Shown: positions 1-11,759 of the stretch, in pieces
Layout: the number at the start of each line of letters is the position of its first letter
Numbering within the stretch: position 1 is the first letter of the stretch
Assembly (NCBI GenBank): GCA_038087875.1
Contig: CM075987.1
Coordinates: forward strand, 19,780,001 to 19,844,000
Origin: Malacoraja senta
Taxonomy: Eukaryota
Length of the DNA stretch: 64,000 nt
Reading direction: 5' to 3'
The notes under the pieces: generated by a model
The model's input: the letters and a program-made list of their open reading frames with translations, nothing else
What the model was told of the DNA's origin: nothing
The model's database searches: none
Position numbers and translations under genes: made by a program

Positions 1-1689
1 CACATCTTCCTTTGTTTGGGCAAAATCAATTTAAAATGTTCAAATATGTATTTGTATTTTCCTTACATCAGATGGTAATGTGCTGGCTGCCGTCCATCAA
101 CTCAACAAATTTCTTAAGCACGAAGAACAAAACTGCATTCTGTACTACCACCGTGGGTCTAGTTAAGATTTTATTTAGATTCGTCATCGCATCTCAACTT
201 TCATATTCTGCATTTCCTGCCCTATAAGCAAGCATCTTGTTTGTCTTTTAATTCATTGAGATACTAGTTTTAATTTATTATAAATTCAAAAATTCTGCAA
301 TCTTTTTACAATGTGCAACATCGTACGTGCAAACATTAAGTACTCTCATTGCTTTATATCAAAGCATATATTGGCATTTCTCAGTGAAGTAAATGCCACA
401 AGCCATCGCAAGTCACTGCCAAAATAAAACAGAAAATGCTGATAAAAACCACCAGGTCATGTAGCATCTGTGGAGAGTGAAACAGAGTTTATGACCTTTC
501 ATCATAACTGGGCAGAATTAGAGGTAAAACAAGGTTAATAGTTCAGAGAGACGAAGGACTATTCAAAATTGAAAATCTGCTAGGTAGTGGAGGGTAAGAG
601 TTATATAGTATGGAAACAGGCCCTTTGGCTCAACTTTCTCATGCAAACCAAGGTGCTCTATCTAGTCATCCCATTTGCCCGTGTTTGGTCCATATTCCTC
701 TTTGAAGAAAAAGATGATGAACCCAGGTGAAAGAGGCTAGTAAAGGCATTAGCGAATAACGCAGGAAAACATGGGAACGGAGCATAGGGAGGACCTGTAA
801 TTTCAAATTTTATTAATCTTTTCCCATTTAAATTGACTGGAACTACTTCTAATTAGTAACTGCCAAATTCAACCTCTCTGTTTCCTTCTAACAAGCTTTT
901 AATCCAACCTTTCCCCCTCCTCTTTATTTTAGATTCCTTCAATCTCCCAAATAATTTATTGTACAGTACAATGTAAATGACTGACGGCCTGGAAACCCAG
1001 ACTCTGCTTGAGCATTTTCCTGTGCAATTGTAATATTGAAATGACTGATAAAACAAAATGTGTTCTATAGGGTACAAAGCCGATGATTTTTCCACGTTAG
1101 CTATAGGAAATTATATATCTTTATAAAATATTGTAGCAAATACTCAGCTTTCTACACCATTATTTCTTTATTAATAACAACATAACTTTTGTGTGTCATT
1201 TTAACGTCTTCTTGGCATCCCTTCAATCTAACTGAACATTAAAAGTTAACAAATTCCCTTAATAAAAATACTGCCTCCATTCCTGGATTCCCTCATTGCA
1301 ATTCTGGCAGATTACCTTGTCAAGGGAGGCAAAAAATCAAGCCAGCATTTCTACTCTTACTCTACATGAAATCTCATTACACCAGTACAACACATGATGG
1401 CTAATGATGCATAGTTTGTCTTAGAGAAAACTTTGAATATTGAGAGGATTGCTGTTGTATAATTGCAGGTAGCACTCAAGAATTTAGAATTGTTTGTTTT
1501 ACTCTTTTGAATAACTAGAAATATTGGTGTTTGTGTTTGTAAATTGATTAAATGTGCACTAATGGAATAGTTTCATCATCAAGAAAAAAACATACAATTC
1601 TCACAGTCCAGGTTTGTGCTTTATAATGAATAAAGTGCTTTTAACTACAAAAATAAATGTGGTTTGATCCTGCTATTATTTACATGATT

Positions 1690-2060
1690 TTAGAGGAATC
1701 TTTAATATGTATATAAAATTCTAAGAGGCATAGGCAGGGTGTATTTTCAGAAACATTTTCCATTGGTAAGGCTATCAAAAGCAAGAAGATTTAAGATAAG
1801 AGGAAGTGATTTTAAAAGGTATTTGAGGGAAACGTTTCTCACACACATAGTGCTAGTTTATGGAACTCGCTGCTGGGGGAAGTAGTGAAATTATAAACGA
1901 GCACTAAATTTAAAAGACATTTGGACAGGCACTTGAATAAATGGGCATAAAAGGATATGGACCTAATGTGGGCTAATGGGATTAGAGTAGATGGGAAAAA
2001 ATGTCAGCATCGATGTGGCAGACCGAAGGGCCTGTTTCTATGATGTTCAACTCAATGACT
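1690..2060 (+). mobile_element. Degenerate CR1/HER1-like LINE 3' end
   Basis: Decayed ORF2 C-terminus and 3'UTR resembling the better-preserved copies at 45270-45750 and 50015-51000; boundaries approximate. Confidence 0.65.
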
Positions 2061-2139
2061 TCTGCAGAGGCCAGGGAATTTCGCTGGGAAAGGATGTGAG
2101 GCAGTGGCAGAGTCAGTTCAAAACAATCTACAAATATAT

Positions 2140-2141
<2 letters not shown>

Positions 2142-2179
<38 letters not shown>
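2142..2179. repeat. (TA)19 microsatellite
   Basis: Perfect TA run. Confidence 0.97.
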
Positions 2180-2183
<4 letters not shown>

Positions 2184-3599
2184 GACCACACTAATCAGAC
2201 AATGTGGGTGTATAAGTGAACAAAACATCTAGTAGTTTGACTTCCAAGAAATAATGAACAGCAAATGGAAAATTTAATTTTAGCCACCTGGCAAATGGGC
2301 AGTTAAAAATCATTCCAGCATTTTAACCAATTGATGTTCAAATGGGTGTGTTCTGGCACTTAAGTGCCAGTACACACTTAGTTGAGCAGTGACTACTTGC
2401 TCATGGTACAGTCAGTGTAAAGTGGTAATCTGTATAGTTTAAGCAACCCATCCACTTGGCTTTGGTTGTATTTGAAATAATTCTTTATTTTTATTATTGT
2501 TTTCCCACTGTGAAAGCATAGTTTATTGTGGAACGATGAAAAAAAAACAGATTCCTTCAATAAACTGAATTTAGATGCAATATGTGGTGTGAAGTTTGTG
2601 ATGACTGCACAAAATTCAATTATAGCTGAAGTACAACTTGCTTCTAATAGGTGCGCCCTTTATTGGGAAGTGAATATGCTATGTTTAAGAAGTCTTTCTG
2701 TGTTTAAAATGTGTTTGAATTTCAACAGGAAATGGAGAGCAGGGATATCAGTAGAACTTTTCAGAAATATTAATGAAGGCTCCATAATGGTTCCATTCAG
2801 GATGGGGAGATGAAAATACCAGCTCTTCTGGGAACTTAGTTTAGCTCTGAGCTACCAAACCCTGGCGGCTATTGCATGTATCTGAGTTATTTCAATGTGT
2901 TTCTCTCTGGGATGCATGAGTTGGGCACAGTATTAGCATGACTACCTATGTATACTATATAATAACAGATTGCATTTTTTGGAGTGCTTTGGCCATATAA
3001 ACAATTAACAACACAACTATCTGCATTTTGTATGTAATAATGACAATCTGTAAAAAATAATAATGTAAAATTGGCATGAGAGAGCACTTGTCAAAATATT
3101 CTTAACTGGATTTCTGAATGTGTGCATGTGAGACCTCATTCAGACAGACAAGGTCTCTTTATCCTTTGGAACTTGTTGACGAAAATCCAAAAGGAAGTGT
3201 TTATAATATTGCCAAGGTTCCAACAAACTCTGTAACACCTAACCTAGAATTTTATTGTATACTTTCTCACGCAAGTAAACTTCTAGGTTTGCTACATTTT
3301 ATGCATGCTTGCCTTGTTCTCTGTCCCCAGTGAGATAGAATGAATGAGAAATAGAAGAGAATTTATAGATTTCCTGATGCACACATGTAAATCTGTATAT
3401 CATTTGAAAACCAATATTTCAGTGTATCTGTGGTTGAATGTATGATTGTCATCAGATTTCAATTATTTAGATTTCAATTCACATGCACACAAATAAAGAT
3501 CATTAGATGCCACGTCTTCAAACTGGAATCATGCCACATTGGCCGCAGTGGCGCAGAGGATCAATTTAAGTTGCTCAATCCAAGTGTGTATTGGCCATT

Positions 3600-3862
3600 G
3601 TTTAGTTTAGAGATACAAGGCCCTTTGCCCCACCCAGTCCACGCTAAGCACACTAGTTCTATGTCCTACATACCAGGGGGCAATTTACAGAAGCCAATTA
3701 ACCTACAAACTTGCACATCTTTGGAATGTGGGACGAAACTGGAGCACCCAGAGAAAACCCATGCAGTCACAGGGAGAACGTACAAACTCCACACAGACAG
3801 CACCGATAGTCAGGATTGAACCCAAACCTCTGGCGCTGTGAGGCAGTAGCTCTGCCACTGTG
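3600..3862 (-). mobile_element. tRNA-derived V-SINE (HE1-like)
   Basis: Reverse complement reads GTGGCAGAGCTACTGCCTCACAGCGCCAGAGGTTTGGGTTCAATCCTG (A/B-box-like head), then V-domain-like TGTGTGGAGTTTGTACGTTCTCCCTGTGACTGC and a CR1-type tail. Confidence 0.8.
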
Positions 3863-4447
3863 TTTGGAAACTGTAGGAGCTCATATGCTTCTAATGGATG
3901 TTTGATGTACATGAGCTCATTTGTATATTCAGTTATGATGGCTGTCATATTGGGCATGCAACATTGTCACTTGCTGCAATTATGCAAAATAGGCAGTTCT
4001 TGATATCACTCCTTGTCCAATAATGATTAGGCGGCAACATGTTAAGCGTACATGGAGCCTCAGGCATTTGGCAGTAAATAGAACATCTCCCATAGATCTT
4101 CCTCTTGTAATGTTGTGGTTAAATTATGGGGAGGGGCAGCCAAAGTTCTGGATTATTTAACCAGACTCTTGAGTGGTATCAAGTAAATAAATAACTGATT
4201 TAAAAGAAAGCTAGATTCATTCATTGTAACCATAAAACTGTTGGTTTGTTGTAAAAGCCTTACTGGTTTACTGAGATACTTTGGGGAAGGAAACTTGATT
4301 GATTTATATAAGGAGGTGATGAAGATGATTGATGTAGAGCAGTGGATGTTATCTACCTGGACTTTAGTGAGGCATTTGACAAGGTTTCTCATGATAGGCT
4401 GATCCAGAAGATTAAAATGCATGGGATATGGTGATTTAGTACAGTTG

Positions 4448-4672
4448 TGGAGGTTCACAGACTGCATTAAGGACCATCTCCAGCACGCAGGCCTAGCCCT
4501 AAAGAACTGGAAACCTGTGTCAGTGACAGGACTAGCTGGCGTACAACCACTCGGAAGGTGGTCAGCAGTTTCAAAGATAATCACCGAAGCTGACTCGTTA
4601 GTGCCAGAGACAGGAGGAAGGCTGCAGCCTTAAACCCCCCCATGTGCATCCACTGTTCCCGCATGTGTAGTT
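4448..4672 (+). mobile_element. RTE-clade LINE fragment (ORF C-terminus)
   Basis: Frameshifted translation RFTDCIKDHLQHAG..NWE...DRTSWR....RRKAAA...CIHCSRMC matches the typical RTE/BovB-like C-terminus with a CxxC motif. Confidence 0.65.
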
Positions 4673-5305
4673 TTGTGCCCTTATCAGAAACAGTTCAAAT
4701 ATATTTTTGTTGGGTAAAATTTTAACTTGCTATTGATTAGCTATCCAATGAAAACACAATTTTAATGCGTCATTGTGCCTAACTAGCCATTAATGTACTG
4801 CATCCACAAAATAAAGGATCCAAGGGGAAGATTTATACAACTTACTATCCTACTTTCAAAAGTAAATTCAAGGACTTTCCTTGATACCTTCAATAGCAGA
4901 TATTTCAGTGTAGTAGTATTCTTTACCTCATGATGGCATGTCCGCAAAAATTTCTTGAGAGATGACAGATTCTAAATTGGATAACTTTGGAAAATGGGTT
5001 CAGAGATTGTAAACCTTGTTATCACAGTCAGATTTTGCTACAGCAGATTATCTCTTTAAGAACACAGGCTGTTAGCTACTGCGGCTAATGCAATTGACAA
5101 GACATTTAAATTGACAAGCAATCGCATTGATCGATACTTAACTCCATTAAACAATGTAACAAACAGCCTTTAGTATTTTTAGCAGTAACAAAAATAAATT
5201 TTTAGCTGTTAAAAGAACTTTGCATTGGAAAACAACGTCATCTCACGGAGTTTTGATGCAAACAATAGAAGTGAGTTATCTGAAATTATTGAATTTGACA
5301 TTGAG

Positions 5306-5790
5306 GCAGCTCCCCATAGCACAGCGGGTAGTGCCACGGCTTCACAATGCTAGAGACCTGGGGTCAATCCTGAACTCAGGTGCTATCTGTGTGGAGCTTG
5401 CACATACTCTCTGTGACAGCGTGGGTTCCCACATCCCAAAGACTTGTGGATTGGTAGATTCGCTGTTGCGAATTGCCCCTTGTATAGGTGAGTGGTAGCA
5501 TCTGGGGGAATTGATAACAAACTGGAGACAAAATCTTGGATTAGATTAGTGTAAGATTAGTGTAAATATGTAGTGGATGGTCAGCATGGACTCGGTGGGC
5601 GAAAGGGCCAGTTTCCATAAATAGAAGTGATAGTGACATTTAAGAGGCTTTTTGACAGGCACATGGATATGCAAGGAATAGAGGGATATAAATCATGTGA
5701 AATCAGATGAAGATTAGTTTATGTTGGCATATGTTTAACGCAGACATTGTGGGCAGATGGGCCTGTACGTGTGCTACACTTTTCTATGTT
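5306..5790 (+). mobile_element. V-SINE (HE1-like) plus CR1 3' tail, inserted into a Penelope fragment
   Basis: tRNA-like head GCACAGCGGGTAG...GGGGTCAATCCTG and V-domain; flanked by near-duplicate CATTGAG (5299-5305) / CAATGAG (5791-5797). Confidence 0.7.
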
Positions 5791-5796
5791 CAATGA

Positions 5797-6170
5797 GTTG
5801 TGAAGACAACATCTCAAGATGGAAGATGAGCTACTGTGCCTCAAGTTTTCGGTAGGTTGCATGGATTGGTTTTAAAGACCGTAGAGAAATGGGTGAGAGC
5901 AGATTGGAACATTAAAGTGACAGACAACTGGGAGCTCAAGATTACTCTTGTAGACTGAATGGAAGTGATCTGCAAAGTGATCACCCAATCTATATTTGAC
6001 TTCTCCAGCGTGGAAGAAACTACATTGTGAGGACTGAATGCTGTACACTAGATTGGAACAAGTGCAAGTGAATCACTCCTTCACCTGGAAGGACTATTTA
6101 AGCCCCTGGATGGTGGGAAATAACAACATAAAAGCGAAAAAGTATTGCATCTGTCACAGTTGCAAGGGCC
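5797..6170 (-). mobile_element. Penelope-like element GIY-YIG endonuclease fragment (pseudogenised)
   Basis: Minus-strand translation FTCTCSNLVYSIQSSQC..HAGEVKYRLGDHFADH..SV....LPVVCHFN fits the PLE GIY-YIG pattern; continues at ~5200-5300 beyond the SINE insertion. Confidence 0.8.
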
Positions 6171-6346
6171 TATGCTGTGACAATGTTAGTGGTGGGTGAA
6201 GGCGGAAGAACACACATAAGGCGAGTTGCAAAAGCCAAAATAAATATGTATTAATCTTCCACTGATTACTTTGCCATTGAGCCATTTAGAATGGCATAAT
6301 ACTATATTGCCAATATATATTTAGATGGTCATACTCTGCATTAATT

Positions 6347-6478
6347 TCTGAAGAAGGGTCTCGACCCGAAACATCACCCATTCCTTCTCTCCAGAGATGC
6401 TGCCTGTCCCGCTCAGTTACTCCAGCTTTTTGTGTCTATCATCGGTTTAAACCAGCATCTGCCGTTCCTTCCTATACA
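6347..6478 (+). mobile_element. Penelope-like element 3' terminal piece with hammerhead-like motif
   Basis: CTGAAGA-A-GGGT-CTCG-ACCC-GAAAC at 6348-6373 followed by the terminal repeat seen at many sites in the window. Confidence 0.75.
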
Positions 6479-8303
6479 AGTGTATTTTCTTAGGTAGAAG
6501 AAGCAATATTGCATCTTTCATATGGTTGCCTTCTTCTGAACATTTTACTGCAAGGTACTGCACTACGTAATTCTTAAATCTTCAGTCCCCTTGCAAGGCC
6601 AGAGGTCCATTTCACAACTTGCAATCAACCCATCTACTAACGTCTGAGGTCTCCCAAGTTGATCAGAGGCTTGGCCCCAGTTCACTGCAACTCAACTTAT
6701 TAGTATAATGAGTTTGTGTTAATTTCCATAATAGAAACCATTTGCTCCCCCAGGATATCCTTCCTAGTTTGAAAGAATAAACCTATAGGACCAAGGTATT
6801 GTACATGAAATATCAAAAGAGTTGAATGTTGCTGAATAAGCTCCTATTTTTCAGACAACATTTTGTACTTTGAATATTTCTACAAACATAATATAACTAT
6901 TGATCATGTCATACCAACTGACATCTTTCACCAATAACCATTACTATTTAATTCTCAAAGTGATAAAAGCAAATATAAAATGATCTATATTCTGTATATA
7001 TAATAGGTTAGAGGAACTAAGTAACCTTTTTGGTTTAAAATCTGAATGCAAAACATAACCAAAGGGAATATTGTAGCAACTGGTTTCATAACACCTATTC
7101 ATGTGCTACAAAACAGCATGCCAACTATAACTTGTTTTTCTATTCCCATTTCTCTTTTGAATCCTCTCCATAAAAGGGATGTACCCTTTGCACATAATGC
7201 GCACAGCTTATCATCTAGACTTTCTTTCCAGTCATGTCATCAATTTTCAAAGATTGATGCACTTGTAAAAACTTATTTGAAAGATTGAACATATCCGGAT
7301 AACTACTGAAAATTTGAATGAGCTTGAATTTTGTGATCCTCCAACATTTATTTATGAGAACACCATTCCAGGACTACATCCACTTTATACTTGGCAATCA
7401 GTTTAATTTCTATAATTGGTAAAGAACTGGACATTTGGTAAAGCTTGCATATTTTCAATTTATCATAGTGAAATGCAACTGTTTTGTTGAAGACTACGGC
7501 ATTAAGTTCAAGTTAGAAGGCTGTACATATTTATTTATGTAATGGAATAAAAAAGGATTTGAAGAAATTAAAGAACTGCATTTTATTCACACGAGCCAGC
7601 AATGCTACCTAATTACTGAAGGCTGGGTTACAATGGGGGACATTTACTTTACGGTATAAAAATCGTGTGAATATTTATTTTTGCAAAAACTGACCTGTGA
7701 ATCAATTTACACTGCTATTTGTTAAGTGACATTTTTTAATAAATATAAAACCCTTATCTTATTTAAAATTTTATTTTTAATTACAAATATTGATATACAG
7801 AAAAACGTGCACGTACTTCTGAAATTGTGATTCTTGAAAGGTTGACTTGTTAATATCCTGTTCCAAGGACAGAAGGTCAGGAACAATGACAAGCAGTGTT
7901 GAGACTGTTTGCTCACTTTTTTTTTAAATTAGTGATGATTTCCGCTGGGTCCAAGTTGAACAGCGTAAATCCAAAGTCAAAATGTAGCGGAAAGAATACT
8001 GTGCCAATATGTATAAGGGAGAGGGCTGAATAGAGATAGAAAGGTACAGAATGAATAGCAAATGAAGTGATGATAAAGAATCAACCAGCTTACTCATTAA
8101 ATCTATAGATAATCAACATTTAGCTATTACCTAGGATGATCAAGTGCTGGAATATATTCAGAATCATTTGATTGCAAATCAAAAATGAGCTACTTTGACG
8201 TTCAATGAGACATTGATAATGCAATGTGAGAATATTGTTTTGCATTTGGGTATTGTAATTCACAAGGAAATTGATGCTAAAAACTGTGTTCAGAAAAAAA
8301 ATA

Positions 8304-8872
8304 CAATGAACTCTCATTTTAACGGGTCTCTTTAACGGATTTTGGTAATAACGGACTGCCCACGCCACTCCCGGCTCGCGCCGCTTCCCCTGCTGACAGT
8401 GCCGGCTGCTTTTGCTCGCAGCCTCAGCCACATACACCACCCCCGGCTGCTCGCAGCACTGGTTGCCCTTGTGCCGCTCCCCGGCCGCTTCAGTGCCTGC
8501 TGCTCTCGCGCCACCTCCCTGGCTGCTCACAGCTTCAGCTTCCCACACTGCCTCCCCAGCCATTTGCAACCCTGGGTGCCATGTCATCCCCGACTTGTGC
8601 CATCTCCCCAGCTGCTTGCAGTGCCGGCTGTCCATGCCACCCCCAGCTCAAGCCACTTCCAGGCTCGACCTATGGCCTCCACTGTCTGTCCACACTGCCT
8701 CCTCGACCGCCTCAAGCTACGCCTGCCACGGCCACCACCACCGCCGACTTTACCTGCAGTCCAGCCGCCCGCAGGCTGCGACCATTGACTCTGCCGAAGC
8801 TCGTTTCTCCCCAGCTGCCAGCAGGCCAGGGTTGTCAACCCGCCTGGATTCCAGGTCAAATTCAGGACCGAG
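8304..8872. mobile_element. GC-rich insert, possibly a truncated pogo/Tigger-like non-autonomous element
   Basis: Abrupt GC rise; starts TA|CAATGAACTCTC with three TAACGG subterminal repeats; C-rich low-complexity interior; no right TIR seen. Confidence 0.35.
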
Positions 8873-9030
8873 AGTCTGAAGCAGAATCTTGACCCAAAGC
8901 GTCACCTATCCATGTTCTCCAGAGATGCTGCCTGACCTCTGAGTTACTCCATCCCTTTTGTGTCATTTTGTGTATTAAGTACAGCATCCATCTGCACTGT
9001 GCGCTCAGGCAGATAAAATGGAGGAGCCAA

Positions 9031-11358
9031 ATGAGAGCATACTGGGGGGAGAGCAAACTCACTGCCCCTGTTGATAAGATCTTATCAAGATCAATAGAAA
9101 TAATCTCCCTAATTCTTAAAAAGGAGAAAGATCCCCTGCTTTGTAGTAGCTATAGACCAAGCTCACTCCTGAATGTGGACCTCAAAATCCTTTCTAAAAC
9201 CCTTGCGCTTCGTCTTCAACGAGTGATGCCCTCTATTATCTCGTTAGATCAAACAGGGTTTATACCTGGCCGACAGTCTTCCCATAATACTAGGCATCTC
9301 CTTAACATCATTCACTCTTCGAGTAATGAGACCCCGGAGATGGTGGTCTCCCTCGATGCCGAAAAGGCCTTCGACAGGGTCGAGTGGAGGTACCTATATG
9401 AGGCGATGGATAGGTTTGGCCTCGGTAACAGTTTTATTCTCTGGGTCAGCCTATTATATTCGTCCCCGGTGGCCTCAGTACAAACAAACGACATACTGTC
9501 GCCCCACTTCACACTTCAGAGAGGTACCAGACAGGGTTGCCCGTTATCTCCACTCTTGTTTGATGTCGCGATAGAACCCCTGGCCGTCTGGTTACGGGCA
9601 GAGAAGGGCTTTAAAGGTATTACACGGTTTGACACAACTCATAAAGTCTCATTGTATGCGGATGACCTGCTCCTGTACATCTCGAACCCAGTCAGTTCTC
9701 TCCCTGTGATTATGAATATTTTAGAACGGATTGGTGCATTTTCTGGTTATAAACTCAACTACCAAAAGAGTGAGCTATTACCGATTAACTTACCGGCTAA
9801 GCAGCTCCCTCGCTCTTTAACCTCATTCAAATGGGCAGAGGATGGGCTCCGCTATCTCGGCGTTTTTATCACAATACCCTTATCTGATATGTTCCGCACA
9901 AACTTTTTGCCTCTGGTTGAGAAAGCCGAAAAAGATTTTGACCGCTGGTCAGTTTTACCGCTATCCCTCGTGGGCCGGATAAATCTGGTTAAGATGGTTG
10001 TCCTACCCAAATTCCAGTATCTTTTCCAGCATGTCCCCATACTTATCACTAAATCTTTTTTTGATAAATTAGAAAGGACAATATCTAAATTTTTATGGGG
10101 TAGCAAACCGGTCAGAATCCGAAAGGCGATACTGCAGTCGCCTAAGAGTGATGGCGGTTTGGCCCTCCCTGATTTTAGGCGATACTATTGGGCAGCTAAC
10201 TTGCAAAAACTCCTATATTGGATGAATGATGATTGCGACCACCCACCGATCTGGGTATATATGGAAAAGGCGAGTTCACGTCTCCCGTTGCGGTCTGTCC
10301 TATGCTCCCAACTCCCCCTTTCTATAACATCTGTGGGTGCAGGCCCAATTGTGTCGCTTTCGCTCAAGATATGGAGTCAATTTAGGAAAAATCTCGGTTT
10401 ACAGGGTCCTTCCATCTTGACCCCACTGCTTAAAAATCACATTTTTAAACCTTCAAGTATAGACCACGCATTTAAAACTTGGCATAGCAATGGCATCAGT
10501 AGTATCAAAAACCTATACAAGGATGGCATCTTCTCGTCTTTCGCGGAGCTCTCGTCTAACTACAACCTCCCAAACTCCCACCTTTTTCGGTTTTTCCAGA
10601 TTAGGGATTTTGTGAAGAAGACATTTCCCTACTTCCCAAATCGCCCTCCTGAAACCCTGACTGATATCATCTTAGCTTTAGACCCCAACCGGAAGAAATG
10701 CATCTCTATTTTGTATAATTTGCTAGGGTCGGTTTTATTGAAACCTCATACCTCATTAAAAGCTGCGTGGGAGGGAGAGGTGAATACGAAATTAACAGAC
10801 CAGCAATGGGACTCTGCCTTGGATTTGATCCATTCTTCTTCCATATGTGCTCGTCATGGCCTAATCCAATGCAAAGTCCTTTACAAAGTCCACTACACAA
10901 ATGCAAGATTAGCTAGAATGTACCCAGCTGTTAATGACACCTGCAACAGATGTAATCAATCTCCCGCCAACCATAGCCATATGTTTTGGTCTTGCCCTAA
11001 GCTAGCAACCTTTTGTAGGAGTGTTTTCGAATTGATAAGCAGAGCTTACGACCAGACTATTCTTCCAAATCCAATGTCAGCCATTTTCGGTACCCCTCCC
11101 AATACCAACCTCTCTGTTGCGGTGAAACGTGTCCTAGCTTTTACAACCTTGTTAGCCCGGAGACTGATCTTGCTTAGTTGGAGGCTTACCTGTCCCCCGA
11201 CACACGCCCATTGGATTAAGGAGGTGCTTTACAATCTGAAACTTGAAAAACTTAGGTTCTCTCTCAAAGGCTCTACCAAGACATTCCTAGATACATGGAA
11301 CCCTTTCTTTGAACTGGTTAACTCTCTTAACTTGTCCCCGGACTCGGAAGAGGACTGA
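9031..11358 (+). CDS. L1 ORF2 remnant: reverse transcriptase plus CCHC-like C-terminal domain, no endonuclease
   Basis: Uninterrupted frame with YRPxSLLNVDLKIL, DQTGF, SLDAEKAFDRVEW, GTRQGCPLSPLLF, YADD, RYLG and CNRC-x8-HMFWSC; first in-frame ATG (9031) lies in flanking DNA; expression unknown. Confidence 0.85.
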   Translation: MRAYWGESKLTAPVDKILSRSIEIISLILKKEKDPLLCSSYRPSSLLNVDLKILSKTLALRLQRVMPSIISLDQTGFIPGRQSSHNTRHLLNIIHSSSNETPEMVVSLDAEKAFDRVEWRYLYEAMDRFGLGNSFILWVSLLYSSPVASVQTNDILSPHFTLQRGTRQGCPLSPLLFDVAIEPLAVWLRAEKGFKGITRFDTTHKVSLYADDLLLYISNPVSSLPVIMNILERIGAFSGYKLNYQKSELLPINLPAKQLPRSLTSFKWAEDGLRYLGVFITIPLSDMFRTNFLPLVEKAEKDFDRWSVLPLSLVGRINLVKMVVLPKFQYLFQHVPILITKSFFDKLERTISKFLWGSKPVRIRKAILQSPKSDGGLALPDFRRYYWAANLQKLLYWMNDDCDHPPIWVYMEKASSRLPLRSVLCSQLPLSITSVGAGPIVSLSLKIWSQFRKNLGLQGPSILTPLLKNHIFKPSSIDHAFKTWHSNGISSIKNLYKDGIFSSFAELSSNYNLPNSHLFRFFQIRDFVKKTFPYFPNRPPETLTDIILALDPNRKKCISILYNLLGSVLLKPHTSLKAAWEGEVNTKLTDQQWDSALDLIHSSSICARHGLIQCKVLYKVHYTNARLARMYPAVNDTCNRCNQSPANHSHMFWSCPKLATFCRSVFELISRAYDQTILPNPMSAIFGTPPNTNLSVAVKRVLAFTTLLARRLILLSWRLTCPPTHAHWIKEVLYNLKLEKLRFSLKGSTKTFLDTWNPFFELVNSLNLSPDSEED

Positions 11359-11439
11359 GTGTTCTCCATCATCGTTTTGTTCTACAGCAGCTGCTTTCCC
11401 CTTAATCCCCCCCTCCCTACAATTATTTATTTAAATATA

Positions 11440-11474
<35 letters not shown>

Positions 11475-11759
11475 TTTTTTCTTTTTCTTTTTTACTTTTT
11501 TATTTTTTTTATTTTTTATTTATTTTTATATAGCACATTTTGTTTCGTTTATTCTACCATTTGTGTGTGGATGTGTACATATGTGAGTGTTGTTTGTCCC
11601 CGTTTGGCTCCGACCTGACTTGGGTGGGTTGAAGGTGGGTAAGGGTAAGGGTTTTGAGGATCGCTTACATACTGTTGTACAATTATGCCTTGACTGTTAC
11701 TGTCTGTTATTATAGTATGTATGCAAATTGCTGTGAAATTCAAATAAAAAATTTAAATC
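9105..11759 (+). mobile_element. 5'-truncated L1-clade LINE (ORF2 RT to C-terminus, 3'UTR, short A-rich tail)
   Basis: Begins at ISLILKKEKDP; 3'UTR ends in AAATAAAAAA; candidate 8-bp TSD GAAATAAT at 9097-9104 and 11760-11767. Confidence 0.93.

Noticed and set aside
3780..3862. tRNA genes here and at ~5310-5385
   Set aside because: tRNA-derived SINE heads with degenerate cloverleaf, attached to SINE bodies
8120..8892. Six overlapping ORFs as host genes
   Set aside because: Expected stop-codon scarcity in a GC-rich low-complexity block; no recognisable domain or splice structure
8968..11358. RT as part of a retron, DGR, group II intron or other novel RT system
   Set aside because: Motifs, CCHC-like C-terminus, 3'UTR, A-tail and TSD are those of an ordinary L1-clade LINE
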